A stretch of 64,000 bases of DNA from the human T2T-CHM13v2.0 reference genome, Homo sapiens. The notes below the pieces were generated by a model, which saw only the letters and a program-made list of their open reading frames with translations, ran no database searches and was not told the DNA's origin. The stretch lies in assembly GCF_009914755.1 (NCBI RefSeq), contig NC_060937.1. One strand, 5' to 3'. Made by a program: the position numbers and the translations under genes. This document shows positions 27,111 through 39,857 of this stretch, in pieces (the stretch's first letter is position 1; each line of letters begins with the position of its first letter).

Positions 27111-28945
27111 TACTACAATGTGACATTTTGATATACATATATGCATAGTTAAATGATTACTACAGTTATACAAATTAACGTATCCATTATCTCACATATG
27201 TACCTTTTTTAATGGTAAAAGTACTTAAATGCTAGTCTCTTGGCAAATTGCTAGGATACCGTAGAATATTATTAACCATAATCCTTATGTTGCACATTAG
27301 AGATCTAGACTTATTCATTCTATATAACTGTAACTTTGGACTTTGTTTCCCCATTTCCCTCACCACTCCAACCCCTAGTAAGTAATCAGCATTCTAGTCT
27401 TTGTTTCTATATATTCAAAGGTTGTTTTTTTTTTTTTTTTTTTAGATTTCACATATAAGTGTGAAATGCAGTATTTTTCTGTGTTGGCATATTTCACTTA
27501 GCATGATGTCCTCCAGGTTCATTCATGTTTTCTCAAATGGTCAAATGGGATGGAAGCATCTCCTTTTTTAAGACTGAATATTAATTATGTATATCCTCCA
27601 CAATTTCTTTTTCCATTCATCTGCAGTTGGATACTTAAATTGTTTCCATATCTTGGCTATTGTGAATAAGGCTGCAATAAACATGGAGCACACATATCTC
27701 TATGAGGTGGTGAGTTCATTTCCTTTGGGCATATACCCAGAAGTGGGGTTGCTGGTTCACATGGTTGTTCTATTTTTAATTTCTTTAGGAACCTCCATAT
27801 CATTTTCCCCAAAGGCTGCACTGATCTACATTTTCACCAGGAATATACAGGTTTCCCTTTTCTCATAACTCTCACCAGTAATTGTTATCTCTTTTCTTTT
27901 TGCTAATAGTCCTCCTAACACATGTGAGGTAATATCTCATTATGATTTTGATTTGCATTTCCCTGATAATTAATGATATTGATGTTTTTATATACCTGTT
28001 ACCCATTTTTATGTCTTATTTTGAGAATGTCTATTTAGGTTCTTTGCACATTTTTAATCAGGTTACTTCTTTTTTTTTTTTGCTATTGAGTTAGGTGTGT
28101 TCCTTATATATTTTAGATATTAACCTCATATAATATATGGTTTGCAAATATCGTCCCTCAACCCATTGGCTGCCTTTTATTTTATTGTTTTCTTTACTGT
28201 GCAGCAGTTTTTTAGTTTGATAAAATCCCATTTTTTTATTTTGCTTTTGTTGCCTGTGCTGTTAGTAAGATATCCAAAAGTCTTTTAACCAAAATTCAAG
28301 ACTAATGTCAAGGAGCTTTTCCCCTGTTTTCTAAGAGTTTTATGGTTTCAAGGCTTATGTTTAGGTCTTTAATCCATTCTGAGTTGATTTTTTTCATGTG
28401 GTATAAGGGTTCATTTTCATTCTTTGAATGTGAATATCCAGTTTTCCCTACACTGTTTATTGAAGAGACCATCCTTTCCCTATTGCATTATATATGGTAT
28501 ATTATATATATCATATATATTATATATCATATATTCTGTGCTACTACAATGTAACATTTTGATATACATATATGCATAGTGAAATGATTGCTACAGTAAT
28601 CATTTCTTCAATCATTCTTGGTGGCCTCATCAAAAATTAGTTAAATGCATATGCTTGGAATTATTTCTGGGCTCTTTATTCTGTTCTGTTGGTCTATGTG
28701 TTTGTTTTTATGCCAGCACCATACTGTTCTAATTACTGTTGCTTTATGATATAATTTGACATCAGGAAGTGTGATGTCTCCAACTTTGTTTTTCTTTCTC
28801 AAGATTGTTTTGGCTACTCAGTGTCTTTTGTGATTCCATAGAAATTTTAGATTCTTTTTATATCTATGAAAATGCCTTGGAATTTTGGTAGGGATTGCAC
28901 TGAATCTGTATATTGTTTTGGGTAGCATGCATATATTCCCAATAT
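27111..28945 (-). mobile_element. L1MA (about L1MA8/9) 3' portion, interrupted at ~28487-28613
   Basis: Reverse-complement L1MA 3' end (TTTTGATATACATATATGCATAGTTAAATGATTACTACAGT..), followed by ORF2 3' motifs (CATATACCCAGAAGTGGG; GTTTAGGTCTTTAATCCATTCTGAGTTGATTTT). Confidence 0.88.
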
Positions 28946-29149
28946 ATTAGGAAAAACTAGCAATTTCAGTATACAATAGTAGACACTGATGCACAAAATG
29001 GGTAAACCAGCGATTATGATTCGCAGTAATAAGTGTTATTTAAAGAGTTTTAGAAGTATCATGGATACACAAAAGACATAATGAGGAGATTATGTGAGAA
29101 AACTATTATAGATTATAGGAGATGTCACAGAGGTTTCATTTGAACTGAG

Positions 29150-29597
29150 TGTTATGGGTTGAATTGTGTCTCCCCACAGTTCATATGTTGAACTAACCCC
29201 CAGTACCTTAGAATGTGACCTCATTTGGAGATAGTACCTTACACAGATAATCAAGTTAAAATGGGATCATTACGGTGGGATCATCCTAAGTAAATATGGC
29301 TGGTGTCCTTAGACAAAAAGAAATTTGGACACAGACACCCACACAGGGACCACACAATGTGAAGATGAAGGCAGATATCAGGGTGGTATTTCTATATGCC
29401 AAAGATTGCCAGAAACCACCAGAAGCCAGGGAGGTGGCATGGAACAGATTCTGCCTCACAGCCTGAAGAAGGAATAGACCCTGCTAACACCTTGATCTCA
29501 GACTTCTATCTTCCACAACTATGCGGCAATAAATACCTGTTGTTTAAGCCATTCATCTTGTGGTACTTTGTTACGACAGCCCAAACAAATTAATATG
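29150..29597 (+). mobile_element. MLT1B/C MaLR solo LTR inserted into an L2
   Basis: TGTTATGGGTTGAATTGTGTCTCCCC start, TGTGGTACTTTGTTACGACAGCCC end; 5-bp TSD-like CTGAG/CTGGA. Confidence 0.88.
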
Positions 29598-30925
29598 CTG
29601 GATCTTAAAAACATGAATAAGAGTCTATCAGTACTACAAAAGAAGGAAGCAAGAGGGAGGGTCAGTGCAAAGACAGAGTGGGATAAAGAAGCAGAAGCCA
29701 ATTATAAAACTGCAAGTAGTTCAGTGTGGAAGAACATGGGATTTGAGGGAAAGACCAGCAGCAGAAAACCTTAGAAAGATGGTCAGGAGTCACCCTGTAA
29801 AAGCATAGTGCCAAGCCATGAGATGTCATTATCAAAAGTAATTGTGAACCACTGAAGGCTTTTAAGCAGAGGGAACAGTTGATGAGATGAATGTTTTAGA
29901 AAGATCGCTTACTTTTTTAGTTCTGTGAAGGATGGTTTGATGGAATAATACAAGAGATCCAGAGGTCATACAGGAATATACCAAGATAGTTAGGTGAGAA
30001 ATGGTGGTTGCTCAACTAGGGCAGTTCAAAGTAAGATAAATGAGTAGATTCAGAACATAGAGGAAATCAAAATTCAGTGACCAGCTGCTCAGCTGAGAGA
30101 GAGAGAGAGAGAGACAGGAAGAGAGAGAATAAACTAGAGAAGAGAGAGAATAAACTGTGATTTTTAGTAATAGCAATGTAAAAGGAATAGAGATGAGACA
30201 TATTTCAAAAGAACAGCTAAAAGACAAAGGCATTTCTTTCTCCCAAACAAAACTTACATGATCTCGACAAAACTATGAATGCTCTTGACTACTGGTCTGC
30301 TTACTTTGGGCCTTTGTGGGAAGGCATTTTATGTACTGTGATTCAAAAAGCACTTGGTGGGCACTGTTGCCTATTCAACTACCACAAATTATATACAAGC
30401 AATTCTATAAACCATATTTTCATTATATTTTATTGTACATATCAGACAGATACATATCTAGTTTGATGGCAAATGTTCCCACATAAAAAAAGATTTTATA
30501 AACTGTATTGCATTTTGAGTATAAAATATAAAATTCCTCTGGTAGCTAAACTGCAAAAAAGTTTTGCTATAAAACATTAATGTTTTTTCCCCAAACAAAG
30601 AAGAAATACAAATCTTCTGGTGACACTCATGGAAAGCAACTTTATCATAAACTATTCATTCAATTTACTTTTTCTTGAAGCTTCAAAATGTGTATGTCAT
30701 TTGAATGTTAAAAAGGAAAGAGAATCCATATGGCTGTTTCAGAAAGAAATTCTGAATTTTTCCATTGCAGAAAATTACAGGTACCCAAAGGGTATTTTTT
30801 GGTGTTTTTATCTTTTTTGTTACCAAGTACAATAGCTTCACAAACCAAGTGTCTTCTCTTTCCATTAAAGTCAATCAGCCCCTATAGTCTGCATTTCCAA
30901 TAAGTGATTTGTTGAGACTCTGGTT

Positions 30926-31079
30926 GTTTTTTTTTTCAGTCAGGATTTTACCCTGTTGCCTCAGCTGGAGTGCAGTGGCACAATCATAGTTCACTGCAGC
31001 CTCAAACTCTGGCTCCACTGATTCTCCTGCCTCAGCCTCTCAAGTGCCAGGACTACAGGTGCACACTACCACACCCGAC
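30926..31079 (-). mobile_element. Alu right monomer (FRAM-like)
   Basis: Poly-T plus a single AluJ-type right arm; perfect 13-bp TSD TGAGACTCTGGTT at 30913-30925 and 31080-31092. Confidence 0.85.
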
Positions 31080-31499
31080 TGAGACTCTGGTTCTTTCACA
31101 GAGGATCTACAATGAAATTCTTCCTTTATATCCTTTTATTGTAAAAAAATTTTCTCTAACAACCTCCATGTTGCTTCCCTAAGCACCGCCACACAGATTA
31201 GCCTGTGCTATGTCCTTGCCTACCCTTCCCCAGAACCTTTCTCTTACTTGCTCTTGCTTATTTTTCCCTCCCCATTTTGCACGTAGTTTCACTTGAAAAC
31301 CATTTCTTCCAGGCACTAACTCCTGGGCCTAATGCCTTTCCCATTTTGTGCCTCGTAGAACCCTGTGAATGGTTGTGCCATTTTACTTCATCTGGTTTCA
31401 CTGAAATTATCTAAATAGAGCCTCCACTCATAAAACAGGAAATCTTAAAGCAGGCTGATACATAGAACCTGAGACCAACTGTATTTTGTATCACAGCAC

Positions 31500-32020
31500 T
31501 AGCCCTTTTAGCCAATCTTAAAGACAAATCTACTAGTGAGAAATGCATTTAGTTTTCCTTTGTCTGAGAATGTCTTTACTACCCTTTTACTACTGGAAGA
31601 TAGTTTTCGTGGATATAGAATTTGTGGTTGAATTTCTTTAACATTTACAATATTGTGTTACTTCCTTTTATGTCTACCATGGATTCAGATAATGTGATAT
31701 TTCTTTTTGGCTTCTTTCAAGATCTTTTCTTTTTCTTTAGTTTGAGAAGCTTAATTTTTTTTGTATTGGCATGGATGTCATCAGCTTTATGAATCTATTA
31801 GTTTGTGTCTTTGGCCAAATTTGAGAAATTTCAGTCTTTATTTTCTTTCAAAAACTTTTTATCCCTTCTGTTTTTCTCCTCTCACTGGGATTCCAAGGAT
31901 AAGAATGGTCAGTGCTTTGTTATTGTCTCACAGGTCCCCAAAGATCTGTTCATATTTTTCCAGCCTATGTTCTCTGTTGTTTAGATTGGATGAAATTTAT
32001 TTTTTCTGTTTTCAAATTCA
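31500..32020 (-). mobile_element. Old L1M ORF1-region fragment
   Basis: TTGTCTGAGAATGTCTTTA..GGATATAGAATT..CCAAATTTGAGAAATTTCAG, typical of reverse-strand L1M. Confidence 0.65.
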
Positions 32021-33557
32021 GAGCTTTGCTTCTGAAAGCTTTAGTAAGCTTTTATTAAATCTGTCCTCTACTTCAAACATTGAGATATATGTGGAAGTAT
32101 TATAAAAACAAAAAGGTAAATAAAAGATGACTTTCTAGCTCTCATCACTCATTCTAAGCAGTTTCCAAAATAATGAGATAGATGTGTAAACTCACTATAA
32201 TGTAAGAGATTGTGAAGTAATGGCTTTTAAAAAGGGACAGACAGCACTGTCAAAGAGAATTGGAAAGAATGCTTACACCTGACTAGGAATATTCGAGAAA
32301 ACAATCTAAGACATGTTCTAAACATTGAATAATAGATGAATGATTGGAGTAGAGCAAAGACATTCTCAGAATGAGAAAATGAAGAACATGACAACAAGGA
32401 AAACTTATTTCAGCTGTTTCCTAATTAACAGAACATGAAGCCTTGCTCTGGTTACCAACCCCATAGGTCTAATACTGAGTTTATCATCTTGCTCTCATCA
32501 ACCCTCAAATGTGTTTCTTCCTCTTTTGAGTAATATTCACAGACTATTGGTCTAGAAACTTTGCAGCCTGAGTGCAACTCACACCTCTCTATCTTGCTTC
32601 TTATTCATGTGATCGCAAAACCTTCCAGTTCATCATTTCTCCAAAAAGTGTTTCCCTGATACCACCATTTCTTTCTCCTTCTTTAGTCCTAGTCCAGGCC
32701 CTTGTTACTGTGCATATAAAATAATGCACTTACTGCCCAAATATTTTATCTGACTCAATTTTGTCACTTTTCCAATATATTTTTACTTAAGCCAGACTTA
32801 TTTTTGAAAAATGGATAATATTATGTCATTTTCCTCATCAGAACCTTTGCTAGTTTATTCATCTGTTTATTCAACAAATGTTTAATTGCACACTATATAC
32901 CAGGCATTGTGTATTAGATGTCTACTGAATAAAATCCAAATGCACTGACCAGCCAATGTCCTCTCACCCCAGACTTAGGCTCGGATTCCATCTCTTCTGC
33001 CTTCTCCTAGTCTTTGTTCCCTTGATTCTCCCTGCTCCTAATTTCTGGCGATTTCTACTTAAATATACATAGTCTTCTCATCCAAAATACACACACACTA
33101 CCTTCTTGAAAAATTAATCTTCATGTTTCTATTTTCTTCATATAACTCCTCAGTTTTTCAAACCCTTTAGCACAGTATAGGTTTTTCAGTAGCGATGTGA
33201 CATAATCATATTTGCATTTTATAAAGTATAGAAATGTACTCTGAAGAAGAGAGTGAATAGAAAAAAAAAAAGGATGCAGGTAGTCAATTTAGGCAGCTAT
33301 TACATTTGGCAAGTTACATCTCCAAGCAAGAGTTGATGAGGATGTGAATTGGGGTAGTTGCCTGGGGGATGAATAAAGTGGATGGATTAAAAAGATTTGT
33401 AAAGACACAACTTAAAGAAATTGGGAACTGAATGGATATTGAAGAAAGGGAAAGAAATCCTTAGAGACAACTTCCAGAATTATAGCACAAGCAACTCATT
33501 GGAAAATAGTTTCAATTGCTAAGTTTTAAAACCCTAGAGAATGAGAAGGTTGAACTT

Positions 33558-33910
33558 TAGATATTATGTATTAAGTTAGCAAGCATGTGGAATATCTCAA
33601 GGGCGATGTTAAGTAATATAGTATGTATTTGTGGATCTCAAACTTGGGATAATTTCATAGCCAATTGTGCAAATGGCCACAAATTACAGTCCCATCCATG
33701 ATCTTTGATAGCACCTTTAGATATTATGTATTTAGACTTTGATAGCAACTGTAGATATTATGTATTAAGTTAGCGAGCATGTGAGACATCTCAAGGATGA
33801 TGTTATGTAATATAGTATGTCTTTGTGGATCCCAAACTTGGGATAGTCTACACAGTTGATTGCAAAAATGGCCACAAATTACAGTCCCATCCATGACTCT
33901 TGATAGCACC
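33558..33910. repeat. About 158-bp tandem duplication with a 36-bp patchwork junction
   Basis: Copies at 33558-33715 and 33752-33910 (TAGATATTATGTATTAAGTTAGC...TTGATAGCACC). Confidence 0.92.
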
Positions 33911-34339
33911 CACCCATACTGACTTTAGGCTAGCATTGACTTAGCCAGTGGGATATTACCAAGCATGATGTTATCAGAGGTGTGAAAAACACAAGTACAA
34001 GAAAATTGGCCTTCTTGCTACTCTGCTACTCTTGGGAACCTCACAATTGACGACCATATGATGAAACCCAGGCCACCCTGCTAGATAATAAGCCACTGCT
34101 TCAACCATCCCTACTGCTCTGACCCACAGCCTGTCAGACATGAGAATGAAGTTATTCTAGGTCCCTCAGACCATTGAACTTCCTGCTGACAATAGGCACA
34201 AGCCCTGCAGAATCAGCAGAACTAGCTCATATAAAAACAACCACCCAGGCCTTCAAAATAGTAAACTGAAAAAAATAAAAATTATTTTAAGCCAGTATAT
34301 TTTGGGGTGATTTGTTATACAGTAAAAGTTAACTGACAC
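33850..34339 (+). mobile_element. MLT1F/G/H-type MaLR LTR
   Basis: GATTGCAAAAATGGCCACAAATT start; TTTTAAGCCAGTATATTTTGGGGTGATTTGTTATACAGTAAAAGTTAACTGACACA end. Confidence 0.7.
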
Positions 34340-35158
34340 AACCTACTGAGAATATAAAATAATAGTAGACAAGAAATAAAGAGCTCATTATGTTCTAGCA
34401 CAGTGTAAAATACTTTACATTAATAAACTAAGCAACATAATTAAAACAACCTTTATATAAGTTTAAGGATTTTAAAATATGAAGATGAAGAGTTAAGTTA
34501 TATGATTTAGAAAGTTTTAAGATATTAATGTTCAAAGAAGAAGAGTTAAAGTATTTGCTCAAGGCTACTCAGCTATTACATAGCAGAACTAGAAGTCCAA
34601 GGAGATCTAATTTAAAAACTTCCTGAGCCTACAAATTGTTTGATTCCAGGAGTTTATAGCTTTGGGTTTACTGAATACTCAAAACCTGTTGCTTATCCTT
34701 AAAATGTTACCTTAGTTCACATCATTTTAGACCTTTGGTAATTTTTCCAAGTCTCTGTCAAGGTATATTTTCTACCTTGATCTTCTTCTAAATACTAATT
34801 CTATGCTTGATGCAAGCTTCATGGGCAGCAGGAAAAAAAAATTATAGCCTTCGGATACAATTATAGGTGTGAAATTTTCCACAAATAGCAATAATCTACC
34901 ATATCATTGGACATTTTTCTATGAAACATAATATTCATAGAATTTAAGAGTTGCCAAATCAACAGGTTCTTCTAGTAAGAAAAACTATTTCATATTTGCT
35001 TTTTAAAAGTTTTTTTTTTTTAGTGAGATGAGTAAAGCCAAAACCTGCACAATGAAGGCAATAATGTTTGTGCAGTGCTATTCCTTTAACTGAATAGTAC
35101 TGTTTGTAATTGTTGACCTTGTATCACTCCTCTTGCTGCATTTCTTATCTGAGGTCTA

Positions 35159-35605
<447 letters not shown>

Positions 35606-35753
35606 TCACCGGAAATCTAATGATTTAATGATGGAGAATGTATTAGCTTCCCATTGCTGCTGTAACAAATTATTACAAATTTAGTGCTTAAGCAACACAA
35701 ATATATTATCTTATGGTTTTGGAGGTCAGAAGTTCAATGTGGGTCTCACTAGG

Positions 35754-36138
35754 TGTCTTAGTCTACTAGAGATGTCATAATAAAATACCACAGACCATGC
35801 AGTTTAAACAGGAATTTATTTTTCTTACAATTCTAGAGGCTGGAAAGTCCAAAAGCAAAGTTGTGGTCAGTTCAGTTTCAGGTGAGGGCTCTCTACTTGG
35901 CTTGCAGATGGCCATCTTCTCATTGTGTCCTCACATGGTAGAGAGAGAGAGAGAATGCTCTGGTGTCTCTTTCTCCTCTTATAAAGTCACTAGCCCTATA
36001 GAATTAGAGCCCCATGCTTGTCAGCTCATTTAACCTTTATTACCTACTAACAGGTCCTATTTCCAAATACAGTCACATTAATAGTTAGGACGTCAACATG
36101 TTAAATTTAAGAGGGACACAAATATTTAGTCCATAACA
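35754..36138 (-). mobile_element. MLT1A0-like LTR nested in MLT1D
   Basis: TGTCTTAGTC...TAGTCCATAACA; TSD-like CTAGG/TCAGG. Confidence 0.82.
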
Positions 36139-36271
36139 TCAGGCAAAAATCAAAGTGTCAGAAATGCTGCATTTCTTTCTGCAGACTACAGGGAAGAATC
36201 CATTTTCTTTCCTTTTCCAGCTTCTGGAGGCTGCTCACATTCATTTGTGGTTTGTTCCATCTGGAAAGCCA

Positions 36272-36747
36272 CGCACTCATTTCCTAGAGCTGCTGTAACA
36301 AAGGACCACAGAATGGATGGCTGAAAATAACAGGAATTTATGGTCTGATACTCCTGTAGGCCAGAGGTCTGACATCAAGGTGTTGGCAGGGTTGGCTCTT
36401 TCTGAGGGCTGAGAGGGGGAATCTATTCATGCCTCTCTCCTAGCTTCTGGGAGTTTGCAGGTATCTTTGGTATTCTCTGGCTTTCAGATGCATCACTCCA
36501 ATTCTCCATCTTCACGTGGTGTTCTCCCTGTGTCTCTCCACATCGTCCTCCCTCTGTGCATGTCTCTTTGTGTCCCAGTTTCCCCTTTTTCTATGGACAC
36601 CAGTCATGTTAGAGGAAGACCCACCCTAGTAACCTAATTTTAACTTCATTACCTTTTAAAAGGGCCTATTTTCAACAAGGCTTTATCCAGAGGTACCGGA
36701 GATGAGGACTTGAACATTTCTTTTTGGGGACACATGTAATGCATAGA
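36272..36747 (-). mobile_element. MLT1C-like LTR nested in MLT1D
   Basis: TTTCCTAGAGCTGCTGTAACAAAG...TTTTTGGGGACACA; TSD AGCCA/AGTCA. Confidence 0.8.
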
Positions 36748-39700
36748 AGTCAGCAATGGCCACTTGGGTCCTTCTCATATTGCATTACATCATCTCACTT
36801 CCTCTTCTGCCACCCTCTTCCACTTTCAAGGATTCTCGTGACTATACTAGGCCTACATAGATAAGCCATAATGCAGGATAATCTCCCCATTTTAAGATCA
36901 GCTGATTAGCAACAAAAAATTCCATCTGCTACCTAAATTCTCCTTTGCCATGTAAGAGAACGTATTCACAGGTTCCAGGAATTAGGATGTAGACACATTG
37001 GAAGGGCCATTATTATGCCTATCACAGAGAGAAATGGTAATTTGCCAAAAACTCTCAGAAGGAGTCCTAGATATGGCTTGAAGGAAGAGTTAGAAAATCC
37101 ACTTATGTTTGGGAATGTGAAGATGATGTGACTCTGTAGTGGGCATGTTTGCTAAGCTGCCTTCCAAGGAGAAAGGTTTCTGAGTTTTTGAATGACCTAA
37201 GTAAATTCAGTGCCAGAGTTAAAATATCCTGAATGGAGAAGCAGTTTTCCATTTCCACAGCATTCTTTCACAGAACTTCCCCTAATCCTACATCAACTTC
37301 ATCAATCCTTCACAAAGAAGTTGAAGAAGAGCATCAACTTCTTCCCTAAATAAGTGCTCAACAGATCTTAAGCTTGGGTTTCAGAACAGGGTTGCTATGC
37401 TATTTTGTGCACAAATGTGGACTGAAATGCTAAGAGTTCAATTTCAAGGAACAAATTTTTGTTTTAGGACATAGATCCAAAAGAATCAGGTACTTTCTGT
37501 ACCCCACCCCATCCCTGAAAACATACACACATGCACTAACACACACACACACACACACATACACACACAGCTCATTGACGTTCTATTGGTGAAACAAAGG
37601 AGATAAGAGAAAAGGAGTCTTTATAGTGTCCTCACTTAAAACCTGTTTTTCCTGAGTTAGGTGCATATTTAGAATTCTGGCATGGTTTTCTCCATATTCA
37701 AGCCCATTCTTACCTTCACTGAATATTTAGATTTTGCTTCATGGTTTTTAAATAATTTATACAGTTAGTATTTATTTTATATTCTATAAATTTGCTGAGA
37801 CCTCTTACATTCAATATGTAAATTTATTAAAGAAAGTGTACATTCTAATTCCCTGGACTAAAAGGCCGAACTGAATATCCTATTTGGTGTATCTGCCAAG
37901 GAAGAAGAATTAGGTAAAAACATTCTGAATTATTTCAAAAATCTTCTCCAGGATCACAGTCAGTTGCTAGAAAGACTGGGTTTTCTTTGGAAATATAAAA
38001 CAGATGGGAGAAATAAAACAAAGGGAAAAAGAAAGGGCAAGTATTTGAAAGAATGTAAACAGGAAAGAATGAGAATTATGGAAATAAATGAAAGATGAGA
38101 AATCTATGAAGACAGAAATTAAGAGAACATATAAAGCAGGGTAAGACTCAGAATTCTAAGGAAATAGAAACAAGGGTATCTGGAGGAATCTAGAGAGAAC
38201 TAAGGAAGTAAGTAATTATAAAAACAGAGAATAGAAGATATAAAGATAAAGAGACAGTGGAAGAGGAATGCAAATATGAGCAAAAAATGAAGAGGTGGAA
38301 AAGCAGAACCTGGTGGCTAAGATTTATTTTTAATTATTATTATACAGAGTACATTTTCTTTCAATCCTAAGGGAAGAAAAAAGAGAATGTGTGATTAGAC
38401 TATGATAAAAAGTGAAGAGATGATGGCAGCCAGAGGGCCAGAACCTTCTCAGGCCACTTGGAGGATGCCGCATTCTGACTTTGAACATTGGCTGGAATTC
38501 ATTCTTGCTAACATGAATCCAGGAATGACGAATCTCTGGGCGCTGCACAACAGCCCCAGATTCATAAATCACCCATAGACTTTGCACATATGAGTTTTAT
38601 AAATGATTCTCCAGGCATAGTAATCACAGGCAGTGGGAAAGGAAAATGAGCCTCTCCTTTGCAGCAATTTTCCTCTGTGAAGTTGTCATCCTATGACCAG
38701 AGTGCAATCCCCTAAGAGGAGCTGCCTATGTAGCCACTACAAGTTTGCAAGGTTATTGGATCCTTAAGTGACTTCTAAAGGCTTCACTATATGTCGTTTT
38801 CAAAGAATGCTGGGGGAAGTCAAAATTTAAATTTCAACATTGTTTAAAGATTGAATGATGTAAGCATTTAGGTGATAGGCCAAATTAATGAAATAAAATA
38901 AAAACCTAAGCCTTGAATGTGTAAATATCCAATCAAGTGGCCTAGTAGCTTCCATCTAAATTTGGTGTTCTTCCTTGTAGATTCTGACTCCATATACACT
39001 CAATATGTGTGAATCTACAACTGAATGGTGATCTGCATTACAGAATCTTCTTGTTCTCTTAGGATTGTGAGTGTGTGTGTGCGCGTATGTGTGTGTGTAG
39101 TCAAGATACTACCTAGATCCAGGGTAGTTTTTGAAATTATTTCTGATTTGCTTGCCACTAGGAAAGAAAGTCTCATGTTGCAAGCTACGCATATTTCCAA
39201 AGTTCTTTCCTTTTCAAATAGATATTTTATCATTAAAATTTACAAGTAAAGCCATACTTTTTACTCTTCCGTCATTCAGATACCCAGATTGATGTAAAAT
39301 GAAAAGAAAGGGAGAGACTGCTGTGCCATGCACTCTAGGATTATCTATCATGAAATCTTTTTATATTACTTACATACAAACTGACTGAAAATTTAAAAAT
39401 ATATTTTAAAAAATCTTTTTAGCATAAATGTTTTTTTCTTTATCTTTATAGGTATCTGAAAATACTAAAGAATGTACAATCTTATGAAATGAGTCAAGAT
39501 GCACATTTGTGTTACACAAATGTTTTCATGTTTGTTGCCTGTGTAGTGATTAGTAGTAGTTAGCTAGATGTATAGTTCTCTTAGGGAGCAACGAGAAAGT
39601 TTACAATCCAAAGAACTCAAAACAATTTAAAGCATTTTGAATTATGTTTTACCACTAGGTATGATTCTCATAACTGTGAGCCAAAGCATTGCATTTCCTG

Positions 39701-39821
39701 GATCTAAGCCAACATAAAAATAAAGTCTGAAACCCACAGCTGGGAGTCTCTTTAGAATGCCTTCTTTAAACATTGGTTCATGGAGGGGAAGTGCCAAGAA
39801 AAAAAATAAAAGTGTGTGTGT

Positions 39822-39857
<36 letters not shown>

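Larger units (their letters stand above)
35639..37026 (-). mobile_element. MLT1D-like LTR split by two nested LTR insertions
   Basis: TG...CA ends, TSD GAGAA/GAGAG; host pieces 35639-35753, 36139-36271 and 36748-37026 read as one element. Confidence 0.82.
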
